A DNA stretch of 64,000 nt from Vulcanimicrobiales bacterium (GTDB lineage Bacteria > Vulcanimicrobiota > Vulcanimicrobiia > Vulcanimicrobiales > Vulcanimicrobiaceae), in contig JBBRLI010000009.1 in assembly GCA_038231455.1 (NCBI GenBank), forward strand, positions 1 through 64,000, given 5' to 3'. Numbering within the stretch: position 1 is the first letter of the stretch; every line of letters starts with the position of its first letter. Under the pieces are notes generated by a model. It made no database searches, had not been told where the DNA came from, and saw nothing but the letters and a program-made list of their open reading frames with translations. A program made the translations under genes and the position numbers. This document shows positions 17,980 to 27,293 of the stretch, in pieces.

Positions 17980-18540
17980 TTAGGTCTCGTCGGCGGCGAG
18001 AATCGCGTAGACCTCGCGACGAGCGCGATCGACGATCTCGCGAATCTTCACGAGTGTCGCCTCATCGCTATCGCGCGCCCCAACGAGCGCCGCTCCGAGC
18101 TTCATCGCCGATGCTTTCACTTGACGACGGACATCGTCGCCGTCTTCATCATCGCTGCCGGAATCGGTCGTGCGGTTTGCTAGGAGCTCGGTGCCGCTTG
18201 CGGTGATCGTGTAGACGCGTTTGCCATCTTGCTCGGCGCCGGTGACGAAGCCGCCCTCTTCGAGCATCTGCAAGGTCGGATAGATCGACCCGGGGCTCGG
18301 ACGGATGCCGCGCTTCTCTTCGATCGAGCCGATGATTTCGTAGCCGTGGCGCGGGCCCTCAGCGAGGACCTCGAGCACGAGAAACTTGGCTTCGCCGCGC
18401 CGCGCTCGCCCGCCCCAACTGGCGCCGAATCGGCCGCGCCCGCCAAACGGTCCGCCGCCGTGGCGCATGAAGCGGCCGTGGCCCGGATGGTCGTGGCCAT
18501 GCATGGTCATATGGATTTGCTTGTGGAATTGTTTGAACAT
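17980..18540 (-). CDS. PadR family transcriptional regulator
   Basis: PRHGYEII and PSPGSIYPTLQMLEE; His/Gly-rich N-terminus. Confidence 0.92.
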   Translation of the reverse strand: MFKQFHKQIHMTMHGHDHPGHGRFMRHGGGPFGGRGRFGASWGGRARRGEAKFLVLEVLAEGPRHGYEIIGSIEEKRGIRPSPGSIYPTLQMLEEGGFVTGAEQDGKRVYTITASGTELLANRTTDSGSDDEDGDDVRRQVKASAMKLGAALVGARDSDEATLVKIREIVDRARREVYAILAADET

Positions 18541-18546
18541 GTCGAG

Positions 18547-18575
18547 ATAGTATACGATATATCTTTATATGTCAA
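18547..18575 (-). promoter_or_regulatory. Sigma70 promoter for padR (likely leaderless) with a palindrome in the spacer
   Basis: Minus strand TTGACA-N17-TACTAT-N6-ATG; GATATATC at 18556-18563. Confidence 0.75.
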
Positions 18576-21500
18576 ATACCGACGGTCTTGAGGCTTTCGT
18601 CCCCGCAAGCAGCCCAAGGGTCCGGCTGTCCGAGGCGACGCCATCGTAGAGGCGCCGCAGGCGGCGGCCTTCGGTCCGTTGGGATTCGGTTGCCGGTTGG
18701 TAGGACGTCGAGCCGATCCGGCTCAGCAGATCGAGAAGCCCCTCGCGTACTTGCGCGGTGGTTTTGAGGTCTTCGATGTTTTGTGGATCAACCGTAAGTC
18801 GGCCGCGCAACGCACGCAGTGTCGCTGCATCGGCCGGCGGCGCGTGCTTCAGGCGCGCATCGACCGCGTTGAGCATCGTATCGATGTCGCTCAACTCGTC
18901 GTTGATCTCGCTCAGCTCGTCGTGACGCGCAAGGACCGCGGCGCTCGTTGCGGTGTCGCGCGGGTCGAGTTTCACCACGATCGGCGTTTCACGTGCAACG
19001 CCATCGATGACGAGATGCGCGGTGTACGTTCCCGGAACAACTTCCGCGCCGGATTTTGGGCCTTTATTTTGTTCGAAGGTCGACTTCCACGGCGTGGGTC
19101 CGTCTTCGCTGAGGTCCCACGCGAGTCGATTCATGCCCGCATGCTTCGTTAACGCTTTGCCGGCGATGTGCTTGACGATGAGCCCCTTCTCGTCGGTTAT
19201 CGTGAGTGCGATCGTCTTTGCGGGGCGTGCGATAAAATAGGTAAGGATCGCGCCAAAGCTGCGGTTGGCGCCAACAAAATCTCCGTCGGGAAGCGTACCG
19301 TCGGTAAACGAATTGATCGGTGAATACTGGAACATGCGGTAGGAGACGGTCGGAGCGAAGAAGACGCCGCTTACGTTCTGGGTCGTGCTGAATTCCTGGA
19401 TCGCACGAAGATCGTCAAGAACCCAAATGCCGCGTCCGTGCGATGCGACGAGCAGGTCGTTGGTTTGCGGAACGATCTGCAAATCGTACACCGCCGTTGC
19501 GGGCATGTTGAGGCGCAGCGAATGCCAGCGCGCTCCGCGATCGAATGAGACGAAGACGCCGCGCCGCGTTCCGGCGTAGAGCACGTTTGCGTTGTTCGGA
19601 TCCTCGCGAATCGAACGCGTGAAGAAGTCCCGCGGGAGATCGCCCGCGATCGACGTCCACGTCGCGCCGAAGTCGCCGGTACGGAAGAGATGCGGGCGAT
19701 CGTCGCCGAGCATATGGTTGTCGATTGCCGCATACGCAACGCCGGCATCGCCGTTGCCGGGATCGATCGTATAGACGCGACCGTTACGCGGGAAGAGCGG
19801 CGATGTCACGTTCGACCAAGTCGCCCCGGAATCGCGCGTGAGCTGAATTAGGCCATCGTCCGTGCCCACCCAAATGAGTTTCGGATCGACCTTCGATGGT
19901 GCGATGCGCAAGATCGTGTCGTAATTTTCTGCGCCGGAGACGTCCTCGCCGATCGGACCTCCGGAAATTTGCTGGTGCGCTTTCTCATTGCGTGTGAGGT
20001 CGGGACTAATCGCCTTCCAGTGCGCGCCGCGATCGCTCGATTGGAACACGACCTCACCGCCGACGAGGGCCTTGCCGTCGGCCATAAATGCCAGCGGCGA
20101 ATCCCAGTTCATACGATGCGTTTTCGTTGCGAGCAATCGACCGTCGATCTCCGAGTCCGGCGAGACGTCGCGCGTTTGTTTGGAACGCTCGTCAAAGACG
20201 TACACCTGTCCAGGATCGTTGTTGGTCGAGGTCGACCAGATGAAATGCGGATCGAGCGGATCGAAGAGTGCGTACATGCCGTCACCGGGACCCGCAGTAT
20301 ACCAATCGCGGTTGAGGACACCCAGTCCGTTGTCGGCGGTCGCGGGTCCGCACCACGTATCGTTGTCTTGCAGGCCGGTACACACGCGGTAGGATGGCGA
20401 CGCATTTTCAAAGCCGACGTGGTACGGCTGCGCGAACGGAAGTGCATACGGCTGGGACCACGTACCGCCGCCGTTTGCGGAGAGCACCGCGCCTTCATCA
20501 TTGCCGACGATGATCCGCTTGCCGTTTGCCGACCACCACGTCGCGTGATAATCGCCGCCGGCGTTCGTTGCGATCTTGTGGAACGAACGCGCGCCGTTGG
20601 TACTCATCGAAAGAATCAGTGAGACGTTGATGACCGTGTCGGGATTTGCCGGATCGACGTAGAGACGCGTGAAGTAGAACGAGCGCGCGCCCACGTAAGG
20701 ATCGTGCGGCATGACGCGCCACGTGCGGCCGACGTCATCCGAACGCCAGATGTCGCCTTGACGCGATTGCACGATTGCATAGACGCGGCCGCCGCGACCC
20801 GCCGTCACGCCGATGCGTCCGGTCAGGCCGCTCGCGAAACCGTGGCCGCTGATTTTTTGCCAGCTCGCGCCGTTGTCGTCGGAGCGGTACAGACCGCCGC
20901 TCGGCCCGCCGCTCGTCATCTTCCACGGCTCACGCCGGAATTGCCAAACACCCGCGAACAGGGTCGCCGGGTGATCGGGGACGCGCGTGAGATCGGAGAT
21001 GCCGCTTGCGGGACCGACGTAGAGCGTTCGTGTGAACGACGTTCCGTCGTGCGAGACGTAGACACCGCGCGTGGATCCATCGCGAAAGACGTGTCCGAGG
21101 ACTCCGACGGCAACATTGTTCGAATCGTTCGGATCGATCGAGATCGTTGCGATCGAACCGGCGTCCTCGAGTCCCGCGTGCGTCCACGACTTTCCGCCGT
21201 CGCGCGAATGCCAGAGACCATCGCCTTCCTCAACGTCATTCCGCGGATACGCTTCACCCGTGCCCACCCACACGTCGTTTGGATCGCTTGCTGAGACCGC
21301 GATCGCACCGATCGCCGCGCTCGGTTGACGGTCGAAGATCGGATGCCACGAAACCCCGCCATCGACGCTCTTCCAGACGCCGCCGTTTGCGCCGCCCGCG
21401 TAATACACGCTCGGATCACGATCGCTGCCGGCGACTGCCGTCGTTCGTCCGCCGGAAATCGCCGGCCCGATGGCGCGATACGAGAGCGAGCCGAGCGCCG

Positions 21501-21585
21501 TGCTCGTCGTGTCCGCCGGCGCCCCGGTCGGGATTGCGAGCAAAGCGAACGCAGCCATGGCCGTGAGGCAAGACGGAATCTTCAT
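18565..21585 (-). CDS. Secreted BNR/Asp-box repeat (VPS10/sortilin-like) glycosyl-hydrolase-like protein
   Basis: Signal peptide; RAIGPAISGGR; many SxDGGxSW Asp-boxes; ASHGRGIWVLDD. Confidence 0.85.
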   Translation of the reverse strand: MKIPSCLTAMAAFALLAIPTGAPADTTSTALGSLSYRAIGPAISGGRTTAVAGSDRDPSVYYAGGANGGVWKSVDGGVSWHPIFDRQPSAAIGAIAVSASDPNDVWVGTGEAYPRNDVEEGDGLWHSRDGGKSWTHAGLEDAGSIATISIDPNDSNNVAVGVLGHVFRDGSTRGVYVSHDGTSFTRTLYVGPASGISDLTRVPDHPATLFAGVWQFRREPWKMTSGGPSGGLYRSDDNGASWQKISGHGFASGLTGRIGVTAGRGGRVYAIVQSRQGDIWRSDDVGRTWRVMPHDPYVGARSFYFTRLYVDPANPDTVINVSLILSMSTNGARSFHKIATNAGGDYHATWWSANGKRIIVGNDEGAVLSANGGGTWSQPYALPFAQPYHVGFENASPSYRVCTGLQDNDTWCGPATADNGLGVLNRDWYTAGPGDGMYALFDPLDPHFIWSTSTNNDPGQVYVFDERSKQTRDVSPDSEIDGRLLATKTHRMNWDSPLAFMADGKALVGGEVVFQSSDRGAHWKAISPDLTRNEKAHQQISGGPIGEDVSGAENYDTILRIAPSKVDPKLIWVGTDDGLIQLTRDSGATWSNVTSPLFPRNGRVYTIDPGNGDAGVAYAAIDNHMLGDDRPHLFRTGDFGATWTSIAGDLPRDFFTRSIREDPNNANVLYAGTRRGVFVSFDRGARWHSLRLNMPATAVYDLQIVPQTNDLLVASHGRGIWVLDDLRAIQEFSTTQNVSGVFFAPTVSYRMFQYSPINSFTDGTLPDGDFVGANRSFGAILTYFIARPAKTIALTITDEKGLIVKHIAGKALTKHAGMNRLAWDLSEDGPTPWKSTFEQNKGPKSGAEVVPGTYTAHLVIDGVARETPIVVKLDPRDTATSAAVLARHDELSEINDELSDIDTMLNAVDARLKHAPPADAATLRALRGRLTVDPQNIEDLKTTAQVREGLLDLLSRIGSTSYQPATESQRTEGRRLRRLYDGVASDSRTLGLLAGTKASRPSVFDI

Positions 21586-21669
21586 AGTCGTTCATTCGCA
21601 GCACAAGTCAAAACTCAGCCAGCGATGCAGCCGCCAGGTTCGCCCGGCGGATGGGCCTAAATTCGAACG

Positions 21670-23793
21670 ATGCGTATAAAAATTGCCGCGTTTGTTGCGG
21701 CGCTCGTACTCGTCTTTGCCTCGCACGCCTCGGCGCAAGTTTCGCCGAGTCCGACACCCGAGGTCTCGTCCGACCCTCGTGAGTACCTCGAAGTCGTTAG
21801 CTCCCAGCGCTCGATGGACTGGGTCAAGGCGGAGAACGCGAAGACCGTGGGCGTCCTCGAAAAAGACCCGCGCTTCGCCGGGCTCGCCGCCGATGCACTG
21901 AAAATCAATCAGGCCAAAGACCGCATTGCCTTCCCGCAGTTCATCGGCAACGAGGTCTACAATTTTTGGCAAGACGCAACGCACGTTCGCGGCATTTGGC
22001 GCAAAACGTCGCTAACGAATTATGGGAACGCCGCGCCAACCTGGACGACGGTCATCGACCTCGACGCTCTGGCGAAGAACGAAAAAGCGAATTGGGTTTG
22101 GGAAGGCGCACAATGCCGTCGGCCAGGCGAAACCCGCTGTCTCATCCGTCTCTCCGACGGAGGCGAAGACGCGTCGACAATTCGTGAATTCGATCTGACG
22201 ACAAAACAATTCGTCGTCGGTGGATTCAATTTGCCGCATGGCAAGCAAAACGCCGCATGGGAGTCCGACAACAGCCTGCTCGTCTCGCGCGAGTGGACCA
22301 AAGGCGAGATGACGGCGTCGGGATACGCCTACGTGGTCAAGCGCATGAAGCGCGGTCAGTCGATCGCGGATGCAACCGAAGTTTTTCGCGGTGTCCCTGC
22401 CGATGTGAGCGTTTCGCCGCAGACGATCGACGACGGCCAAGGGCACAACGTGGTTCTGATCGATCGCGGGACGTCGTTCTTCACAGCAGAGTATCGTCTG
22501 GTATCGCCGCAAGGCACGCGCCGACTCAATGTGCCGGAAAAAGTCCGGCCGAGCGGGCTCATCGCCGGGCGCATGCTTTTCCGACTCGCGCAAGACTGGA
22601 CCGTGAACGGCGCGACCTTTGCGCAAGGTTCGCTCGTCGCAGCGGATTTGGCGGCCATCCTTGCCGATCCCGAACACCTCAAACCAACGCTCGTGTACGC
22701 ACCCGGAAAACGCGAATCGCTCGAAGAAGTCTCGCCTACCAAATCGCGGTTGCTCGTCGTGACCTACGAAAACGTCAAGGGCCGCGCCTTCGTCTATACA
22801 CCCGCCGCAAACGGCGGATGGACGCATCGTGCGCTGTCGTTCCCCGATAATGCCTCGATTGGCATCGTTTCCGCGAGTCGGCGCGACGATCGCGCGTTTC
22901 TCTCCGTCGATAGTTTTCTTGCTCCGGCAACGCTCTATCTTGCGAACGCCGCTAGCGGAGCGATCGCACAAGTCAAAGCATCCACCCCGCGTTTTAACGC
23001 CGCAAACGAGGTCGTCGAACAGCACGAAGCGATCTCCAAAGATGGCACGCACGTGCCGTATTTCATCGTGCATCCGAAGACGATGAAGCTCGATGGTTCC
23101 AATCCGACCGTCCTCTACGCCTATGGCGGGTTCGAGGTCTCTCTGACACCGAATTACTCGGCAATCGACGGCAAGCTCTGGCTCGAACGAGGCGGCACGT
23201 ACGTGCTTGCGAACATTCGCGGCGGCGGCGAGTTTGGGCCGGCGTGGCACGAAGCCGGGCTAAAAACGAAACGCCAAGTGATATACGATGACTTCTCGGC
23301 TGTCGCGCAAGACCTGATCTCGCGCAACATCACGAGCCCGCGCCGACTCGGCATCCAGGGCGGATCGAACGGCGGATTGCTGATGGGCGTGGAGTTCACG
23401 CAGCATCCCGAACTCTACAATGCCGTGGACATCCAAGTGCCGCTCCTCGATATGCTACGTTTTGAGAAAATCGCGGCGGGCGCATCGTGGGTCGGCGAAT
23501 ACGGTACCGTCACCAAACCCGACGAACGTGCATTTCTTGCCTCGATCTCGCCGTACTACAATCTTAAGGCGGGCGTGAAATACCCCGAGCCATTCATCTG
23601 GACCACGACCAAAGACGATCGCGTTGGTCCGCAACACGCGCGCAAATTTGCCGCAAAGCTTTCGGATCTCGGCGATCCGTATCTGTTCTACGAAGTGACT
23701 GAGGGCGGCCACGGTGCGGGTGCCAATCTGAAAGAACGCTCGAATACGAACGCGCTCGAATGGATCTATTTTATTCGTAAATTAATGGACTGA
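21670..23793 (+). CDS. Secreted prolyl oligopeptidase (S9A)
   Basis: YAYGGF, ANIRGGGEFG, GGSNGGLL (Ser), DDRV (Asp), GGHG (His). Confidence 0.94.
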   Translation: MRIKIAAFVAALVLVFASHASAQVSPSPTPEVSSDPREYLEVVSSQRSMDWVKAENAKTVGVLEKDPRFAGLAADALKINQAKDRIAFPQFIGNEVYNFWQDATHVRGIWRKTSLTNYGNAAPTWTTVIDLDALAKNEKANWVWEGAQCRRPGETRCLIRLSDGGEDASTIREFDLTTKQFVVGGFNLPHGKQNAAWESDNSLLVSREWTKGEMTASGYAYVVKRMKRGQSIADATEVFRGVPADVSVSPQTIDDGQGHNVVLIDRGTSFFTAEYRLVSPQGTRRLNVPEKVRPSGLIAGRMLFRLAQDWTVNGATFAQGSLVAADLAAILADPEHLKPTLVYAPGKRESLEEVSPTKSRLLVVTYENVKGRAFVYTPAANGGWTHRALSFPDNASIGIVSASRRDDRAFLSVDSFLAPATLYLANAASGAIAQVKASTPRFNAANEVVEQHEAISKDGTHVPYFIVHPKTMKLDGSNPTVLYAYGGFEVSLTPNYSAIDGKLWLERGGTYVLANIRGGGEFGPAWHEAGLKTKRQVIYDDFSAVAQDLISRNITSPRRLGIQGGSNGGLLMGVEFTQHPELYNAVDIQVPLLDMLRFEKIAAGASWVGEYGTVTKPDERAFLASISPYYNLKAGVKYPEPFIWTTTKDDRVGPQHARKFAAKLSDLGDPYLFYEVTEGGHGAGANLKERSNTNALEWIYFIRKLMD

Positions 23794-23966
23794 TACCGAA
23801 CTCGCTACGAAGTAAGCGGTCTCCTAGCGGCGCGACGGACTTTAGTCCTTGCGCCGTTAGTCGTTTGGCGTGCTTGCCCGGTGTCTATGCATCCGTGATA
23901 CGGGTATGACTCGTTTGCGAAGCGATACCCCTTTGGGTGTTCGGACGTACTTTGTTTGGAGAAATA

Positions 23967-24797
23967 ATGTTACTTAAAAAAGCAATCATTCCGATGTTCG
24001 CCGCCGCGGCGTTCATGATCACGAGCATCGGCGCAGGCGCGCAGACGATGCCTGCCGCGACACCTCCGGGTTCGGGCATGTCACCGGCTTCGGCGATGCC
24101 GGCCTCCCCGATGCCCGCCGCTTCGATGGGCTCGATGAAAAACGACTCGATGAAGGGCTCCATGAAGGGCGACTCCATGAAGGGCGACTCCATGAAGGGC
24201 GACTCCATGAAGAGCGGCTCGATGGGTAGCTCGATGAAGGGCTCCATGGGCGGTACCCCCGACCACGGTATGCCGAACGGCCTGATGGGCGGAGACGGCA
24301 AAGATTACACCGGCGCACCCGATCTGCAAGGCGCGATCTCGCTTGTTACCGCAGGCGGCGCACCCGGACACTTCTCGCTCGTTGCAGCGCTCACAAGCCT
24401 TGTCGGCGCGGCGACCACCAAAGCCGAAGTTGCCAAGCTCACCAAACAATACGGCGCAGAAAAAGTCGAATCGTTCGTTGCCGTGCAGAACTTCGCCGTA
24501 AACGACGCTGTCAAGAAAGCGCTCGCAGCCGGCGTGAAATTCCCGAAACCGTCCGTTCATGGCAAAGCACTTGCCGTGCGCGTCGTTAAACTCGGTCTCG
24601 TCAACGGCACGTACTACGAAGGCGTCCAGCTCGACCATCTCGTGACGCATGCGATCCACGAATCGGTTATGGACGACATCGACACGAAGTTCGGTACCAT
24701 TGCCGACGGCAACTACCACCGCATCGCAAACCAGGCTCACTACGACCTGGCCCAGGCGCTCGGCGCGACGACTGTCAAGCTCGCCGCGTATCACTAA
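23967..24797 (+). CDS. Secreted Met-rich repeat protein of unknown function
   Basis: RBS GGAG; signal peptide; SMKGD repeats; His-containing helical C-terminal domain. Confidence 0.8.
   Translation: MLLKKAIIPMFAAAAFMITSIGAGAQTMPAATPPGSGMSPASAMPASPMPAASMGSMKNDSMKGSMKGDSMKGDSMKGDSMKSGSMGSSMKGSMGGTPDHGMPNGLMGGDGKDYTGAPDLQGAISLVTAGGAPGHFSLVAALTSLVGAATTKAEVAKLTKQYGAEKVESFVAVQNFAVNDAVKKALAAGVKFPKPSVHGKALAVRVVKLGLVNGTYYEGVQLDHLVTHAIHESVMDDIDTKFGTIADGNYHRIANQAHYDLAQALGATTVKLAAYH
24158..24212 (+). repeat. 15-bp in-frame tandem repeat (CTCCATGAAGGGCGA x3.7)
   Basis: Read directly from the sequence; degenerate copies extend roughly 24123-24249. Confidence 0.9.
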
Positions 24798-24812
24798 GCC
24801 CTCGCGGTAGTC

Positions 24813-24847
24813 AAAAGAGGTCGCGACAGCGTTTCGCGACCTCTTTT
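24813..24847. terminator. Bidirectional intrinsic terminator
   Basis: AAAAGAGGTCGCGA-CAGCGTT-TCGCGACCTCTTTT between convergent genes. Confidence 0.85.
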
Positions 24848-26283
24848 TATGTCGTGCGAGCGCCTTTGACCCACGCTTCGACGGCCTCAACATCACGCGG
24901 TAGCGACGCACTCAAATTGCGGTATCCCTCGCTTGTGATGAGAACGTCATCTTCGATGCGCACGCCGATGCCCCGGTACCGCGCAGGCACGGTGAGATCG
25001 TCGGGTTGGAGATAAATCCCCGGTTCGACCGTGAGCACCATTCCGGCCTCGAGCTTGCCGAATTTGTACGTCTCGGCGCGCGCTTGTGCGCAGTCGTGTA
25101 CGTCGATGCCAAGCATATGGCTGACGTTATGCAGCGAGTAGCGCTTATAGAATTGGTTTTGTTCGCGCAGCGCTTCCTCGGCCGACATCGGTAAGATGCC
25201 CAAACGTTCGAGGCCGTGTGCGATCACGTTCATCGCGGCGACGTTCGGTGCCATGAAATCTTCGCCCGGTTTGCATTTGGTGAAGCCGGCGTTCTGCGCT
25301 TCGAGGACGATCTCGTAAATTTCGCGCTGCTCTTTGGTGAACGTGCCGCCCAGCGGCACCGTTCGCGTAACGTCGGCAGTATAGAGCGTGTGCGCTTCGA
25401 CTCCGGCATCGAGAAGAAGCAGATCGTTTGGGTGGAGGTCGCCGTCGTTTGCCGTCCAGTGCAGCGTACACGCGTGTCGGCCGGACGCCGCGATGGTGTT
25501 ATATCCGACGTCATTGCCTTCGACGCGTGCGCGCAAGTTGAACACGCCCTCGACGTAGCGTTCCGTTTTCGCTTTCGCAAGCGAAGCCAGCACGTCATCG
25601 AAGCCATTTTTCGTGGAATCGATCGCCTTCTGGAGTTCGCCGATTTCGTACTCGTCTTTGATGAGACGCATCTCGGAGAGCGCCGCCGCGAGAACCACGT
25701 CGTCGGCACTTCCCGCCGGGAGCTTCGCTTCGAGTTCGGGGTCGATACCGCGCAGCGTCCGCAGCGGCGATTTTTCGTGCGCCGCTGCGACTTCGTCGTG
25801 AAGCGTTCCGAGCGCACGGGATTCGAGGCCGAATCGGATCGTGCTTTCGGGCACGCCCAGACGTGGTCCGACCCAGAGTTCGCCTTTCACGCGATCGGTA
25901 TAAAACGTCGCATCCGTCTTGCCGGGATTGGGTTCGACGAAGGCGACCGCGCGGTGCGTTGTTCCTTCGGGGAAAAGCACGAGCACGCAATCGGCTTCGA
26001 GATTGCCGGTCAGATAATAGAAGTCCGTGCCGGGCCGAAAGCGATAGGCGGTATCGTTTGAGCGCGTCTTTTCGTGCCCCGTCGGGATGACGAGCACGTC
26101 GCCTGGAAACCGGCGCGAGAGTTCCTCACGCCGCGCACGGAATCGCGCCGTCTCGGGCATCGGCTCGACGGCGGTCTTCGTGTGGTCCCAGGCGGTGACC
26201 ATGAACTCGAGCAGCGCGGGCGGCGTGCCGTTATCGTGGGCCGCAGTGGCGGGCGGGGTCAGCATTTCGGTCGGCTGATGCAT
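24847..26283 (-). CDS. pepP: Xaa-Pro aminopeptidase (M24B)
   Basis: DFYYLTG, LHW, LLLDAG, YTADVTRT, HMLGIDVHD, TVEPGIY, GVRIEDD. Confidence 0.92.
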   Translation of the reverse strand: MHQPTEMLTPPATAAHDNGTPPALLEFMVTAWDHTKTAVEPMPETARFRARREELSRRFPGDVLVIPTGHEKTRSNDTAYRFRPGTDFYYLTGNLEADCVLVLFPEGTTHRAVAFVEPNPGKTDATFYTDRVKGELWVGPRLGVPESTIRFGLESRALGTLHDEVAAAHEKSPLRTLRGIDPELEAKLPAGSADDVVLAAALSEMRLIKDEYEIGELQKAIDSTKNGFDDVLASLAKAKTERYVEGVFNLRARVEGNDVGYNTIAASGRHACTLHWTANDGDLHPNDLLLLDAGVEAHTLYTADVTRTVPLGGTFTKEQREIYEIVLEAQNAGFTKCKPGEDFMAPNVAAMNVIAHGLERLGILPMSAEEALREQNQFYKRYSLHNVSHMLGIDVHDCAQARAETYKFGKLEAGMVLTVEPGIYLQPDDLTVPARYRGIGVRIEDDVLITSEGYRNLSASLPRDVEAVEAWVKGARTT

Positions 26284-26333
26284 AGGCGACGGCTTCGCTA
26301 CGCCGTCGCCCCAGGCTTCTCGACTCGTTTGCG

Positions 26334-27293
26334 CTAGGGTTTTTTCGGTTTTGGTGTGGGGCTGGGGATCGGAGTCGGTGTCAGTTGCACGGACTTAAGA
26401 ACGGCCGTTCCGCCCACGGGAGTGGGGGATGCCGTGGGTGTTGGCGATGGCGAAGGTGTCGGAGATGGCGAAGGGGTGACGCGCGCGGGAATCGGATCGT
26501 TCTTTTTGTTCGCGATCGCGGTTCCAACGACGGCTGCCGCCGCGGCTCCCCCGGCAATCACGCCCGCGGATAATCCCGCCGCATGTGCGGCCGCAGCACC
26601 GGCGACGCTGCTTCCACCAGCTGCGGCTCCCGACCCAATTCCGGGCGCAAACGCCGTCGCCGACGTGGCGCTCGTGCTGAGGCCCGCTCCGGTAAAGGTC
26701 TGCAACAGGATGGCGGTAATCGCGCCGGCCGTCACGATGCCGGCGAGCGAAACGAAGAGCGTCTGCCCGGTCAAGAGCGGATACGTTTTTGCACCGACCG
26801 TCACGACAACGTCGCCCGGTTCGCAGGCAAGACACGCGATCGTATCGCCGTTCGGCCCGGCGGAATAGAGGCCGGTCGTTCCGCGTATCGCGATTTGCGA
26901 GGTCACCGTTTGGAACACATAGTTCGATTTGCCGCCTGCCGGACGTTTCACCGCAAAGCGGATCGTGCCGGGACCTTGCAGCGTGATAAGCGTCGGTGTG
27001 CTCGACGCGGGATCGTTGAATTTTCCGACTTGCACGCTCGTGTTCGGCCCGAGCGCGATCTCCGATGAGTCGGGAAGCGAGAGCAGACCGTTCGCCGCAT
27101 CGTGCGTCACGGCAAACTCATCATCGCCGAGAATAAGTTGGCCGATGACACGTTTGAAGTCGGCGTCTTTGGTGACTTTGTGGCCGACTTCACCACGCAC
27201 GGCGCGCAGTTGTTTATCGGTGGCCGCAACGCTCGGGCTGATGGGAAGAAGGGCGGCTGCGAGGAGGGCAGCGAGCAGACGTCGTGCGTTCAT
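26334..27293 (-). CDS. Secreted FecR-domain protein with Ala/Gly-rich and Pro/Thr-rich tail
   Basis: Signal peptide MNARRLLAALL; LPDSSEIALGPNT and TVTSQIAIRGT (FecR-like). ATG overlaps the upstream stop codon. Confidence 0.75.
   Translation of the reverse strand: MNARRLLAALLAAALLPISPSVAATDKQLRAVRGEVGHKVTKDADFKRVIGQLILGDDEFAVTHDAANGLLSLPDSSEIALGPNTSVQVGKFNDPASSTPTLITLQGPGTIRFAVKRPAGGKSNYVFQTVTSQIAIRGTTGLYSAGPNGDTIACLACEPGDVVVTVGAKTYPLLTGQTLFVSLAGIVTAGAITAILLQTFTGAGLSTSATSATAFAPGIGSGAAAGGSSVAGAAAAHAAGLSAGVIAGGAAAAAVVGTAIANKKNDPIPARVTPSPSPTPSPSPTPTASPTPVGGTAVLKSVQLTPTPIPSPTPKPKKP

Noticed and set aside
24123-24249. Short repeats considered as a possible CRISPR array
   Set aside because: 15-bp head-to-tail coding repeats with no spacers; no cas genes in the window.
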